A stretch of DNA of 63,552 nt, filler included, from Octopus bimaculoides (GCF_001194135.2; 3 parts of 3 records of this genome joined end to end with filler, not necessarily neighbours in it); one strand, 5' to 3'; shown: positions 1-12,224, counted from the whole stretch's first letter. Numbers and translations: made by a program. Notes: a model not told the origin generated them from the letters alone.

Positions 1-504
1 CGTCAAAACGGTAGAGGAGTAGGGGCCGAAACCGGACGTGGTTCCTCCTGATGATGTCTTGAGCTAACTGGATCCTGTAAAGGAGCTGTTGTGGTAGCAG
101 ACCACGAAACACGGTTGAAATTCCATTCCTTGAAGGGGTTTTATTTCTAGACTGGGGTCAAACGGTCGAATCCATTCAACCATGTTTTAAGTCTTTAGCA
201 ACACCAATTACAAAGAATTTGGGAGTGGTTCTGAAAGATGGAGAGAAGTATTGACAGACAGAAACTGGGTGGGAGCTGTCTTCAATAATTCAAGTAATGC
301 TATATATTCAAAATTAACTATACATGCTGGTTTTGTTGTTGTTATTGTTGCTGCTACTGTTGTTATTGTCACTTATTTTTTTGTATTTTGACGCTACTAT
401 CACTTTTATTTATTTATTTATTTTTTCTTTGTTTTGAAACAAGATCGAAATAAACATTTTATACCGATAGATTTTAGACACTTTTTTTCTGAAACTGGTA
501 AGAT

Positions 505-595
505 TATGTAGGGGGTGCAAATTTTGATCTTGCACCTCCTGAAAATTCTAGGGGGTGCAGGTGCACCCGCTGCACCCCCTGTTCCCGGGCCCATG
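505..595 (-). mobile_element. GC-rich terminal fragment of a probable hAT-type MITE
   Basis: Minus strand CATGGGCCCGGGAACAGGGGGTGCAGCGGGTGCACCTGCACCCCC, with a 9-bp hairpin. It abuts an RTE relic. Only one end is visible. Confidence 0.35.
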
Positions 596-599
596 CATA

Positions 600-1400
600 T
601 ATCTGAAACATCTCAACAGTGATTCCTGATAGGCTGGGGTTTTTCCCTGTGTTCATACCCTTAATTGCTTTATCTATCAATTTGGATAGCTGGTCCCTCT
701 GTTGAGTTGACACTTGGCAGACTCTCTTTCTCCCATTCATTCTCTCCGTTTAGCAGCCTTTCATTGTGGCATCTCCAAATCTCTCTCTTTGCAGCATCAT
801 TAAATACAAGTGAGCCATCATCCATGTGAACACATTTCTCTCATATGACATCATGATTTTCTCTCACAGTCTTGTAATTTGAAACACTTCGAGTCTCTGG
901 TCCTCACGACACAGAATATTGGCAAATTTCTTATCTGCTTCCCCTCTGGCTAAGTAAACCTATCTCTTAGCTTCTCTTCTGGTGATCTGATACTGTTCCC
1001 TGCTACCACCACACTTCCAGTCCTTCCATGCCTGTTTCTTTTGCCTGATGACCCTCCACCATGTCACCTTAGGTTGAGAGGGGACTTTGCACCAGCCACA
1101 GATCTGATCAGTAGCCCTCAACAAGTTGTCTCATAGGAACCTCCAGCTGTCCTCCACATTATGTAAAGCTATATCCTCTTCTTTTTTGTTAAAGGCTTCA
1201 AGTAATACATCTCTAAATCTCTATCCTTAAGCTTCCAAACCCTTCTTTTCCACGCTGGTCATCTTCTGGGATGCATTCTTCATCTGGGAAAGTTTTGGCA
1301 TTTATAAGTAACCATCTTTCTCATTTCCTGGTGAGAATGTAGTCAATCTGACTAGGGTACCCACTAAACTGGTATGTGAACAGGTGACTGGCAGGTTTCC
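600..1400 (-). mobile_element. Degenerate RTE-clade LINE ORF fragment (linker upstream of RT)
   Basis: Minus-strand translation with stops and frameshifts: RATDQICGWCK..TWW..KKQAWKDWK..NERLLNGENEWE..AIKGMNTGK..SGITVEM. Confidence 0.7.
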
Positions 1401-1825
1401 TGAAGTTAATATTATGTGCACAGTGAATATATTAGATTGACACATAGTTTAAGATGGTAAAAGGAGGGGATACAATGTTTCAAGTGTAGTTCTTTGTCGG
1501 AAAGAGGAAAACATTCAGAGAAAAGGAAAAGAATAAGTCTGGGAAAAGCATGTGTAAAGTGACTGGGAGTGGAAAGAGAGAAAATAGTTTTTGAAGGCAA
1601 GAGAATACAAAAATGGTCAGTGTGTGCGCGTGTGTGATGGTATATGTGTGTTTGTGTTTATGTGAGTGGCGTATGAGTGAGGGAGTGGTGCTGACAGGTT
1701 TGTAGCAGTAGATTTGGTGGTGAGAAGCAAGGTAACGTGTGAGTGTGTGTCAAGGTGTGTATATATGTATGTTTGCATTTGCATGTATGATGTGTGGGTG
1801 AAGGGTTTTTATATATGCTAACGTA

Positions 1826-1866
<41 letters not shown>

Positions 1867-1967
1867 CAGGTGTGTATGTAGTGTGTGAGGGTGGTAGTGG
1901 AAAAAGAATTAAAAATAAAAATAATAAAGATGTATGTATATATTCCATAGTTTTTCTTCTTTTTCAG

Positions 1968-2010
1968 GAATGTGATGATGATGAAACTGTTCAGCTGGAG
2001 TCATTGGATG
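1968..2010 (+). CDS. USP19: USP19-like ubiquitin C-terminal hydrolase, internal coding exon (first in window; gene begins upstream)
   Basis: Acceptor ttttcttctttttcag, donor gtaaat. Encodes ECDDDETVQLESLD and ends in phase 1, joining the next exon in frame. Matches the position of the vertebrate USP19 EC...G(H/D)xxLD segment as I recall it. Confidence 0.75.
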
Positions 2011-2665
2011 GTAAATGTGGCCTTGGATTTCATTTATTGTATTCAGTTGCACAAAACATGATAATCCATTCTGGTTAAGCAACCACAATGGTGAAACATA
2101 CGTAGGAACTAATAACACTGTATAACAAAATTAAAATTGTATTTTTCCTTGGTGTTATTTCTTATTTGCTTCTCTCTAGAAATCAAAAGGAATGACTTCT
2201 ATTCTCTTCAAATTTTGCTTTTGTGACCTGGACATCAGTGTTTTGAAACTGACATTATATTTCATACAGATTCAGCTCTGAGCTACTGAAGCAGAAATCG
2301 CATCATATTCTGCTCAATACCACAGATTTACTTCTCAGTTGCTTGACCATAACCACTTGAGGGTGTCCTTTAGTGGATGACAATATGTGCATCTCTCATA
2401 ATGAGCAGGAGTTGTTGGGGAGCATCATAGCCATGTGTTGAGAGGGATTCTTTGAGGTTTGAATAAACATAAGGAAAGCAAATTTTGAAGGAAATATTAT
2501 CCATTTCTCATACTTTCTATGGGTAAGCAAATAGGAAATAGCAGTTGCTACTCAAAGACAAAATTTGTTACACAGTTTAATATAAACTTATGTTTATCGT
2601 AATTTTTCCTGCAATTGCCCTGTATTCCATAACTGACAATGTTACTAAGTATAGTAGTTGCTTAA

Positions 2666-2872
2666 CCCTTTCGTTACCAACCCAACTGGCTCTGTAGTAC
2701 AAGTGTCTTGTTTTCATAAATTTTGAATTAAAATCTTCCACCAAATCTTAGTCACAACTTACGTTCCTAACACTAACTTAATTATAACTAAGTTATTTTA
2801 CAAAATTCTTTGTTATATTTTAAATAACTGAAACAAACACAGTATCTCAAAATAAATACGGTAACAAAAGGG
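2666..2872. mobile_element. piggyBac-type MITE
   Basis: TTAA flanks at 2662-2665 and 2873-2876. TIRs CCCTTTCGTTACC / GGTAACAAAAGGG. Confidence 0.8.
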
Positions 2873-2949
2873 TTAACCACTATACTGAAAGTAGACTGAA
2901 CTATGGTAATCTAAACATGTTTGTACACATAAGATGCACTATATATATC

Positions 2950-3162
2950 TTTTATTTGTTTCACTCATTAGACTGTGGCCATGCTGAGGCATCACCTTGA
3001 GGAATTTTAGCTGAATGAATCAACCCTTTACTATCTTTTTGTAAAGTCTGGTGCCTATTCTATCAGTCTTTGCTAAACCACTAAGTTATGGGGATGTAAA
3101 CAAATCAACACTGGTTGTCAAGTGGTGGTGAGAGACAAACATAGACCAAAACTCGCATGCAT

Positions 3163-3231
<69 letters not shown>

Positions 3232-3275
3232 ACAGGTTTTTTTCAGTTTCCTTCTACCAAATCCACTCACAAGGC
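2950..3275 (-). mobile_element. tRNA-derived SINE family 1, 5'-truncated degenerate copy
   Basis: Reverse complement of the family-1 body and tail (ccaaatccactcacaaggctttgg ... gactgtggccatgctg). Confidence 0.65.
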
Positions 3276-3505
3276 TTTGGTGCTTTTATACATGGCACTT
3301 GCACAGGTGCTCCACATGTGGCACTGGCATGGTTGCTTTATATGGGGAACCAGCACAGGTTCTCTATACGTGGCACCAGTGTGGGTGCTTTTTACACAGC
3401 ACCAGCTTCTGACAGCCATAGTGTACTGTACTGCTAATGTCTTGTATGTATATTGCCCTTGTGTCAAAATAGAAATCTTTGTTATAGATGTTGTTGTTGT
3501 TGCAG

Positions 3506-3581
3506 ATACTGGTGATATTTCACTCGATCATTGTCTGAATCTCTTCACTGAACCTGAAGTCCTCAGCCAAGAAGAGGCTTG
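3506..3581 (+). CDS. USP19: USP19-like coding exon
   Basis: Acceptor ttgttgcag, donor gtaagt. Encodes (D)TGDISLDHCLNLFTEPEVLSQEEA(W), closely matching USP19 TLDQCLNLFTRPEVLAPEEAW. Confidence 0.9.
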
Positions 3582-3715
3582 GTAAGTAGTTTTTAAGACA
3601 ATAGAATGTGATTTTAGAGAGATTTGGCTGTTATTTCTGACAAGTCGACTGAACAAGTACAAGTTCCTCATTTGTCAGGTGATGGTCACATGTGGTTGGT
3701 ATTGTTATTGTTTAA

Positions 3716-4111
3716 TCCCTTAGCATTTAAACTGACCATATTCAGTCAAAATAATTTCCTGTATTATCTTCAAACTGGCCAGATCTGACCTCTCACACTT
3801 ACCCTACAATATTATTCTAAAAATAAACAAACACATCATCAAAATCTCAAGCTATGAGATAATGCATGATTAATATGAATCAATATGAATGAATAAGCAT
3901 TACACTTGACAGAGAAGAGTTTAACCAGCCAGATCCAGCTCAAATATTCTTCCTGTTTTGCATTCATCCTTACATCTACCCTACAATGCCATTCTAGAAA
4001 TTAACAATCACATCATTGAAATCTCAAAGCTAGAAGATAATGCATGATTAATTCCAAACAACATGAATAAATAAACATTACATTTAAGAGAGTAATCCGT
4101 ATGCTAAAGGG
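3716..4111. mobile_element. piggyBac-type MITE with internal tandem duplication
   Basis: TTAA flanks and termini (t)CCCTTAGCAT / ATGCTAAAGGG. An internal unit of about 150 bp occurs twice. Confidence 0.7.
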
Positions 4112-4658
4112 TTAACCTAAGGTCAACTTTGATCAAACGGACTGATGATCAGAATCATTCCAGCTGTGGCCATCCTATCTTGTTTTTCTCTCTAGTTACC
4201 TTGTTTTAATTGATTAATGATATTTGTATGGAAGAATGTTATGAATAAACATCATGAATGTTGTACTTAATGAAAGAGTACAATTGTGTTGGGGTTAGTC
4301 AGAAGGATCTGTAGAGTGACATTACTCAACAGAGTGTGTAGCTTCAAGATCAGGGAGTGGTGCCAGCTTGGGAGCTTTCTTATGTGGTGTTGGCATGGAT
4401 ACTGTCTACATGGTGCTGGCATGGGTACTTTTTATAGAACATCTCTACATATTGATCCTGAAACAAGGCTTGGGATATTGTGTGACATGCACCTGGGATT
4501 GGGGTTCCTCTTGGAAATTCTCAAAAGGAGACTACTTTTATTGAGCTCTTTCATTTTTGCTAACCACAACATAAACAAAAAAAACTAGAAATCTATGTAT
4601 GGATGCACAGATTTGATAGATATTTAAATATTTTCACTTTGTCTCTGTCTTTACCCAG

Positions 4659-4811
4659 GTACTGTCCCCAGTGTGCAGAACACCGAGAGGCCACTAAACA
4701 GATGTCTATATGGCGTCTACCCCGAATGTTAATCATACAGCTGAAGCGGTTTTCATATGGTCATCTCAGCTGGAGGGACAAAGTGGATAAAATGGTACAC
4801 TTCCCCACCCG
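4659..4811 (+). CDS. USP19: USP19-like coding exon (CxxC zinc site and QLKRF box)
   Basis: Acceptor tttacccag, donor gtgagt. Encodes (W)YCPQCAEHREATKQMSIWRLPRMLIIQLKRFSYGHLSWRDKVDKMVHFPT(R). Confidence 0.95.
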
Positions 4812-4841
4812 GTGAGTTTAATATATATATATATATATATA

Positions 4842-6050
4842 TCAGGCTGAGTAAAATGTAAGCAACGTTTTGAAACATGAAATTCATCATAATATATTTC
4901 AACAATGCGGAAATTTTATTTATCAAAGTAAGTACCTTTACAATGAACACATTTTTGCCAACGAGTTATAAGTTTGTTTATTCCGGTAACATAAAAATCT
5001 GGAGTTCTGGAGCTGATAATCTATTTGAACGCACTTTCAGCATCGGTTTGATTTTTGAACTCCTTCTCTTGCAGGAAACCACAAGGTGCTTGAAAAAGAA
5101 GTAGTTGGTAGGAGAAAGGCCTGGAGAATAAGCTGGGTGGGGAAGAACTTCGTAGCTAAATTCCCTCAATCTCTGGAGCAGTCTGGGATGGAGGAGTAGC
5201 AGTTTTTCATTCATTTTGGCAATTTCATGGCAATATGTTTCTGCAGTAATGGTTTTTGCAGGTTTTAATAAGTTATAGTCAATGAGTCCAGCAGTACACT
5301 ACCAAACAGTCACTGTAACCTTCTTTTTGAAGAACTTGGGTTTAGAGAATGTTTACGGTGCTTCATTTTGGTCCAACCACTGTAAAGAACGTTTTTTTTT
5401 TATTGTTGTACAGAATCCACTTTTCATCGCAAGTTACAATACAGTTGAGAAAAGGATCAGTCTGGTTATGGAGAAGAAGTGACAAGCAAATTTCATATCT
5501 ACGTATTTTGTGATTTTCATTCAAATCGTGTGGTACCCATTTGTCAAGCTTTTTTGATTTTCCAACTGCATGTAAATGGTTACTGGCAGTTTTCTGGCTA
5601 ACTTGAAGTTCTTTTCCCAGGTCTCAAGTGGTTTTACATGGTTGTGACTCAACAATGGTCTGTAATTTCATCGATGACAGATGGGCATTCACTACGCTCA
5701 TGATCAGCAAGGCTCAGGTCTTCACTACAAAATCATTTAAGCCATTTTGAGCTGACCACTCACTCGTGAATTCCACATCAAATGTTTCGTTGATACTGCG
5801 AGCAGTTTCAGCTGCTTTACATCTCTTTTTGAAGCTGAATAGCAAAATTGGTTGAATAACGTGCTTTGACAATTCCATTTCAGATAATTGTGAGAACAGT
5901 GAAAAAAATATCAATGTTAATTTATTGATGCATTTGGGCAAGTCTGTTTGTATTATCAGACAATTGCAAAAAAAATGTTTTTAAAAATTCTAAACTGCAA
6001 AAATCCGGTACAAATTCTTCGTGATTCAAAACGTTGCTTACTTTTTACTC
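4842..6050 (-). mobile_element. Near-full-length decayed mariner transposon (Hsmar1/cecropia-like)
   Basis: TIR tcaggctgagtaaaatgtaagcaacgttttgaa, with its inverted copy ttcaaaacgttgcttactttttactc running into the gap. Relic transposase motifs ILLFSFK..KAAETARSIN and PHPAYSPGLSPTNYFFF. Sits in (TA)n. Confidence 0.9.
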
Positions 6051-6231
6051 NNNNNNNNNNNNNNNNNNNNNNNNNNNNNNNNNNNNNNNNNNNNNNNNNN
6101 NNNNNNNNNNNNNNNNNNNNNNNNNNNNNNNNNNNNNNNNNNNNNNNNNNNNNNNNNNNNNNNNNNNNNNNNNNNNNNNNNNNNNNNNNNNNNNNNNNNN
6201 NNNNNNNNNNNNNNNNNNNNNNNNNTATATG

Positions 6232-8678
6232 CAGGCATACCTCAGCTTAAGTCATTTCAATTTAAGTTGTTCTTGATTATATGTTGGTTTTCAAAAATAA
6301 TATATGGAAAAAAAAAAAAAATCAAGTCAAGTCATTTTACTCTTCTTTACATCTATTCACCACAAATACTGGAATCATAAAATCACTAAAAAAAACCATT
6401 AAAAGCACATAAAATCATGTTACTGTACAATAAATATGAATAAAAGTGTATAAAACCATATTAAAATACATACAGTAAATGTTAAGATACACACCATAAA
6501 GTAGTGTCGCTTAGTGTACAAACTCATGAAATCATCTGTGTTGTCTTATTTATTGGTCTTTCGGAGCTCATATTGCACTGTAGTTCCAGTATCTACTGTT
6601 AGGTGTCGTCGTCACTCGTGATTCCCGTGATTGTTTTGAATTCAGATTGTCATTCATTTGTGACTTCATTTTTTTGCTTCCATGGGTCCTAAGAAAATTC
6701 ATCTTGAAAGTCCTAAGTGTCTTGCTATAACGCTAGAAGATAAACTGGCTAAGATAAAACGCCATGAAAAAGGTGAAAAAGTGGTAGCAGTTGCACGATC
6801 TTTTGGGATGAGTTGGACAACTGTATCGACGATTGTACATAATAAGGACAAGATTTTAGCACAAATGAAATCTGAAGCCCCAGGGATGAAGAACACTGTC
6901 ATCAATAAGAAAGAAAGTCTTCTTTCTCTTTGGATTGTTGAATCGCCAGCATATTACTATTAGTCAAGAAATCATTCAAGAGAAAGTGTTGTCTTTGAAG
7001 ACCTGAAGAAAAAAATATCCAGATGAGAAAGATATAGGGTTCAAGGCAAGTCAAGGATGGTTCATGAAATTTAAGGAGCGAAGAAGTTATCACTCATTTA
7101 GAAGCAAGGTAAAAGGTCATCAGCTGACAAATAAGCAGAAGTGGAATTTCCTAATACATCATCGAAGAAAATGGGTTTCTTCCTGAAACTGAATTGTATT
7201 GGAAAAAATTGCCAGACCATTCACTCAATTGCAAGGAGAAAACTATTCCAGGCTACAAGGTCTCAAAAGAATGTGTGACTGTTGCGTTGCGAGGTAATTG
7301 TGCAGGAGATTTTAAGTTAAAGCCATTGTTTGTGAAGAACATACCCAAGGCATCTTTCCCTGTTATATGGATGGCTAATTCAAAAGCATGAGTTACTGTT
7401 GTTGTTTTCAAAGATTGGTTCTTCAATCGTTTTATCCCAGCAGCAGAGAAGTGCTGTAAGGAGAAGCGGATTCCTTTTAAGGTTTTACTTTTCTTAGGTA
7501 ATGCTCCTGGCCATCTGTAAAGCATCGTAGATTTTGACCCCAGCGTTACCGTCGTGTATCTCCCTCCGAACACCACGTCTCATCTGCAGCCAATGGATCA
7601 GGGAATAATTGCTATTTTCAAGCGTTACTATATGAAGCGTACACTGTGGCAAGCAATAGCTGCAACTTATCTTGATGAGTCCATCACACTTCGTGGCTTT
7701 TGGAAGGGATACAATATCTACAAGGCTGTACAGAACATAGCAGTGGCATGGAATGATGTATTGAGCATGGCTATGAATGGTGTATGAAAGAAGCTATTCA
7801 CGGATGATTTTAAAGTGTTTGATAATGTTGCCATCAACAAAACATTGGTGACTATGAGCAAAGAACTGGAAATAGATTTGGAGGTAGAGGATTTCACAGA
7901 TTTACTTGAAAAAGACAAGCAGCCCCTGACGAATGCAGATTTGATAAAGCTTCACAAGCAGCAGAATAAAGAAGAGGAAGTCGAACCTGGGCCACGTCAC
8001 TTTACCATTAAGAAAATGCAGCAAGCATTTGCATATATCATAAAAGGTCTTTCTATGTTCGAGGATATGGATCCAAATGCTCAGTTTTCCAAGATTATGG
8101 GGACTTGTCACGAAGCTTTTGCTCTTTATAATGTAATCTTTGGGGAAAAGAAGACAGTTCAAGGAACTCTCAACTGGCTCTTTAAGCACATCGAATAACA
8201 AGAACAGCCAGAGTCAGCTGTTGATGTTGGCGATCCACAGCCATCTACATCCACGATGTAAACCACCAAATTGTATGTACGTATTGGTAAAGTTAAAATA
8301 ATTTGGGTTTTTCTACTATTGCAAAATGATAATGATTACTGAATTTGTTTTTTAAGCTTAAAAAAGGCTTTTATTTTACCATGTCTTATTGCAAACTGCA
8401 TTTGTAAATAAAGCATCCGCAACGTACGGTAAACACCAACAAATCGTATTTGGAAATTTAGATGACTTTTTTATTTCTGTATTGTATTAAAACATAAAAA
8501 TTACTTGTTTGTACTTTTAAAATAAGTTTTTATTAAGCATGTATTATTGAAAATGCATTCATAAATAAAGTAATAAAGTACAGAACTGGGAATGGTTATT
8601 ATCTGTTTAGCCAAGAGACAAGTTAATTTGACTTAAGTAGTCTTTCCTGGAACCAATTAATGACGTAGGGTGAGGTAT
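6232..8678 (+). mobile_element. Tigger/pogo DNA transposon, about 2.45 kb, disrupted transposase
   Basis: Left end caggcatacctcagcttaagtcatt, right end aatgacgtagggtgaggtata. CENP-B-type HTH (ITLEDKLAKIKRHEKGEK) and DDE_1 motif YLPPNTTSHLQPMDQGII. Confidence 0.9.
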
Positions 8679-8699
8679 ATATATATATATATATACATA

Positions 8700-9631
8700 C
8701 AGGGGTTGGACAAAATGATGGAAACACCTTAAAATTTCTGACAAATTCATTTTAATATGGGATAGGACCACCTTTGGCAGTAATTACAGCTTGAATTCTA
8801 TGAGGTATGGACTTGTACAAAGTTTGAATTGTTTCCAAAGCAATTTTTGTTCATTCTTCAGCTAAAACAGTCTCCAGTTCTTGTAGTGATAATGGTGGAG
8901 GACATCGACTCCTTACTTGTTGGAAATAGGGTAAAGGATGACTCGTCTGAGAAAATAACATTCTTCCACTGCTCTAGGGACCAATTCTGTAGGTTTTTAC
9001 TTCACTCTAAACGCTTTGCAACATTTGTTTTTGAAAGTAGTGGTTTTCTGATTGCAGCCTTCTCATGAAATCTGGCTTTGTGCAGCTCCCAGCAAACAGT
9101 TTTTGGGTTCTCGAAGTGGTCATTAAGCTCTGCATAATTTTGGGAGCTGTACTTTTGTGATCCTTTCTAATAATTCGTGTAAGAGTCCAATGATCTCTAT
9201 CTGAAAGTTTTGGTTTTCTTCCAAAGTTTTGTTTCAAGGAGGAGGTTTTTCCCTCTTTCTCAAAGGNNNNNNNNNNNNNNNNNNNNNNNNNNNNNNNNNN
9301 NNNNNNNNNNNNNNNNNNNNNNNNNNNNNNNNNNCTGTCATTACTTTCGAGACCGTACTTCTTGATACACCAAACATTTCAGCTGTTTATGTTACACTAA
9401 CGCCTGCCATACGAGCACCAACAATTTGACCTCTTTGAAAGTCCAATAGATCTGTCATTTTAAAGAATTTTAATTACCTTTTTCTGATGATATCTGAAAA
9501 GAAACAGCAATTTTAGCCAAAACATATTAAGTAGCACTAATAATAAATCAAAAAGCAAAAATAAGCAAGCTTTTGATGGTTTTATATTTCAAAATTATGT
9601 AGCTATGTGTTTCCATTATTTTGTCCAGCCC

Positions 9632-9634
<3 letters not shown>
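8700..9634 (-). mobile_element. Internally deleted Tc1 transposon
   Basis: 28-bp TIRs CAGGGGTTGGACAAAATGATGGAAACAC / GTGTTTCCATTATTTTGTCCAGCCCCTG with TA flanks. Relic ORF GRKPKLSDRDHWTLTRIIRKDHKSTAPKI. Confidence 0.9.
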
Positions 9635-9662
<28 letters not shown>

Positions 9663-9809
9663 ATGGAGAAATTAAACAAAATGTATAAGTGAATGATGAG
9701 TAAAGCACCAGCACAGTTCTAATTACCTGTTATTATCCATAGATTGCAGGAAATTCCTAGTGGCAGTTGAGGTAACAGTATTAATAAAATAGATGGGAAA
9801 AAAGATTTT

Positions 9810-9860
9810 ATTTAGTACGACATGTTTCGACCCGTTCAGGGTCTCTTTGGGTACATAAAT
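9810..9860 (-). ncRNA. Relic minimal type I hammerhead ribozyme (Penelope pLTR-like), core mutated
   Basis: Minus strand ATTTATGTAC-CCAAAGA-GACCC(TGAAC)GGGTC-GAAAC-AT-GTC-GTACTAAAT. Stems I and II close, but the core reads CCAAAGA instead of CTGANGA. Confidence 0.6.
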
Positions 9861-9954
9861 AAATGAAAAAAAAATTAAAAAGTCTCACTAGAAAATAATA
9901 CTGACATCTCAATTTAACAGATATATTTACCAAAATTACATAAAAATATCTTGA

Positions 9955-10621
9955 AATACTAAAGAGTAAATTTATTCAATAAAATCGCCATTGGCTTCAA
10001 CCACAGCTTCCAGACGACTTCAGAATCTCCTGCAACTCTTCTGGACAATCTCCTTGTTGGTGAATGCTGCCATAATCCTTGCCACACATAATAATCAAGA
10101 GGGTTGCAGTCTGGGGAGTTAGGTGGCCACATATTAGGGGTGATGTGGTCGCAGAAATTGTCTGACAACCATGACTGGGTTCTCCTGCTTGTGTGACATG
10201 GTGTAGAGTCCTGTTGCCAGAGATAGGGTCATCCAGCAGCCACCTTCTTGACCCAGGGCAGCACTACCTCCTCCCGGCACTTGATATAGGCCTCCATGTT
10301 GAGTCTGAAACCGTATGGGAAGGTGAATGGAGGCATAATGTTGCCATCTCTAGCGATCACTCCAAACACCATGATGTTGACTGGATGTTTGATTTTTATC
10401 ACTCTCGGTACGTTCACTGTCTTCAGATTGACACCCAAACACTGGTGCGCATGCCAAGCAGTACAGTATGTCGTTTTCAAATTTCTTGTTGAGTGAATTG
10501 CGTTATGGTGCTGTTTTTCTTACAGGCAGTGCCCAACTGACCCTACTATACTGTGTAGTCAATAAAATCAAAAACAAACAATGCGCATGCATGAAATGAT
10601 GACAATTTACTCATCACACTG
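9955..10621 (-). mobile_element. maT/DD37D-type Tc1-mariner relic
   Basis: Relic transposase IKHPVNIMVFGVIARDG..WQQDSTPCH..WPPNSPDCNPLDYYVW. The 5' end is cagtgtgatgagtaaattgtc. Confidence 0.75.
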
Positions 10622-10677
10622 TGTGTGTGTGTGTGTGTGTGTATATATACACTTGCACACTCGTATGCATGCATATA

Positions 10678-10891
10678 CAGGGTAAATTGTCAGCATTTTA
10701 TAATTTTAATTTCATGCATGCGCATTGTTTGTTTTTGTCTGGCCACCTAACTCCCTAAACCGCATCCTCCTTGATTATTGTGTGTGGGGAGACCAACAAA
10801 ACTCCTTGTAACACCAGAGATGAACTGAAGGCAAAGATTACGACAGCATTCACCAACTTAAACAAGGAGACCATCCAGAAGAGTTGCAGGA
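10678..10891 (+). mobile_element. Internally deleted second maT-like copy (runs into gap)
   Basis: Shares the 5' sequence atttcatgcatgcgcattgtttgtttttg, joined directly to the WPPNS..LDYCVWG..DELKAKITTAF region. Confidence 0.7.
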
Positions 10892-11165
10892 NNNNNNNNN
10901 NNNNNNNNNNNNNNNNNNNNNNNNNNNNNNNNNNNNNNNNNNNNNNNNNNNNNNNNNNNNNNNNNNNNNNNNNNNNNNNNNNNNNNNNNNNNNNNNNNNN
11001 NNNNNNNNNNNNNNNNNNNNNNNNNNNNNNNNNNNNNNNNNNNNNNNNNNNNNNNNNNNNNNNNNNNNNNNNNNNNNNNNNNNNNNNNNNNNNNNNNNNN
11101 NNNNNNNNNNNNNNNNNNNNNNNNNNNNNNNNNNNNNNNNNNNNNNNNNNNNNNNNNNNNNNNNN

Positions 11166-11196
<31 letters not shown>

Positions 11197-11198
<2 letters not shown>

Positions 11199-11545
11199 AG
11201 TGGCTGTGTGGCATGTAGGTTGCTTACCAACCACATGGTTCCGGGTTCAGTCCCACTGGGCAAGTGTCTTCTCCTATAGCTTGAGGGCAACCCAAGCCTT
11301 ATGAGTGGATTTGGTAGATGGAAACTGAAAGAAGCTTGTTGTGTGTGTGTATGTGTATATATGTTTGTGTGTCTGTGTTTGTTGCTTGACAGCCGATGTT
11401 GGTGTCTTTACATCCCTGTAGCTTAGTAGTTAAGCTTAAGAGACTGATAGGATAAGTACTAGGCTTACAAGGAATAAGTCCTGGAGTTGATTTGTTCGAC
11501 TAAAGGCGGTGCTCCAATAAAACGGCTGAAACAAATAAAAGAATA
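11197..11545 (+). mobile_element. tRNA-derived SINE family 1
   Basis: Head ggagtggctgtgtgg (A box) and gggttcagtccc (B box), then ccttgggcaagtgtctt-type body, internal (TG)n and tail aaacaaataaaaga. Confidence 0.8.
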
Positions 11546-11789
11546 TTTATATATATATATATATATGCACACATAGACTAGCATCAACACATATTAAACC
11601 ATATATCATAAAACCTACTAGTTAAACATTTGGAGACTTTCTTTTTTTGTTCTGAACCAGAACAAAATTCAAAGTGTCTTGTATTTGCTTTAAAACCACA
11701 TGCATACAAGGCATTAACAGCTCAGTTCTTTTGTTTAAACTTTTAATGACTTTAGTCAAAATTGTCGGGTTTTTGCTCGAACAACCATA

Positions 11790-12125
11790 CAGGAACATCA
11801 TCATCATCATTATTTAACGCTCTACTTCCAAGCTGGCATGGGTTAGACAGTTTGACAGGTGCTGGCCAACAGGAGAGCTACCTAAACTCCAGTTGTTTGT
11901 TTTAGCATGGTTTCTACAGCTGGTTGCTCTTCCTGATGCCAACAACTTTACAGAGTGAACTGGGTGCTTTGCATGCGGCACTGCCATGGGTTCGTATCAC
12001 GTAGCACTGGCGCAGGTGCTCTATATGTGGTACCAGTACGGTTGCTTTTCATGTGGTACCAGCATAGGTGTTTTATACATTGCAATGGGCACAGGTGCTT
12101 TTCATGTGACACTGGCACTACATGA
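11790..12125 (-). mobile_element. RTE-type 3' tail element ending in (GAT)n
   Basis: Reverse complement of ttggcatcaggaagagcaaccagctgtagaaacc...catgccagcttggaagtagagcgttaaataatgatgatg. Confidence 0.65.
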
Positions 12126-12182
12126 GTTTCGAATCTAAAATTAAATAATACATACACACACAAACAATTAAAAAAAAACTGT

Positions 12183-12218
<36 letters not shown>

Positions 12219-12224
12219 CTTCCA

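Noticed and set aside
1-130. CTGATGA and GAAAC motifs suggesting a hammerhead
   Set aside because: I could not close stems I-III in a valid order, and the sequence is truncated by the window edge.
3270-3430. CRISPR-like short repeats (also 11960-12120)
   Set aside because: Degenerate internal minisatellite of the RTE-tail element; no unique spacers or cas genes; eukaryotic context.
3122-3437. ORFs with YI/IY runs (also 17147, 19548, 34744, 37582, 43334, 45638)
   Set aside because: Translations of (TA)n, (TG)n and (ATGT)n microsatellites.
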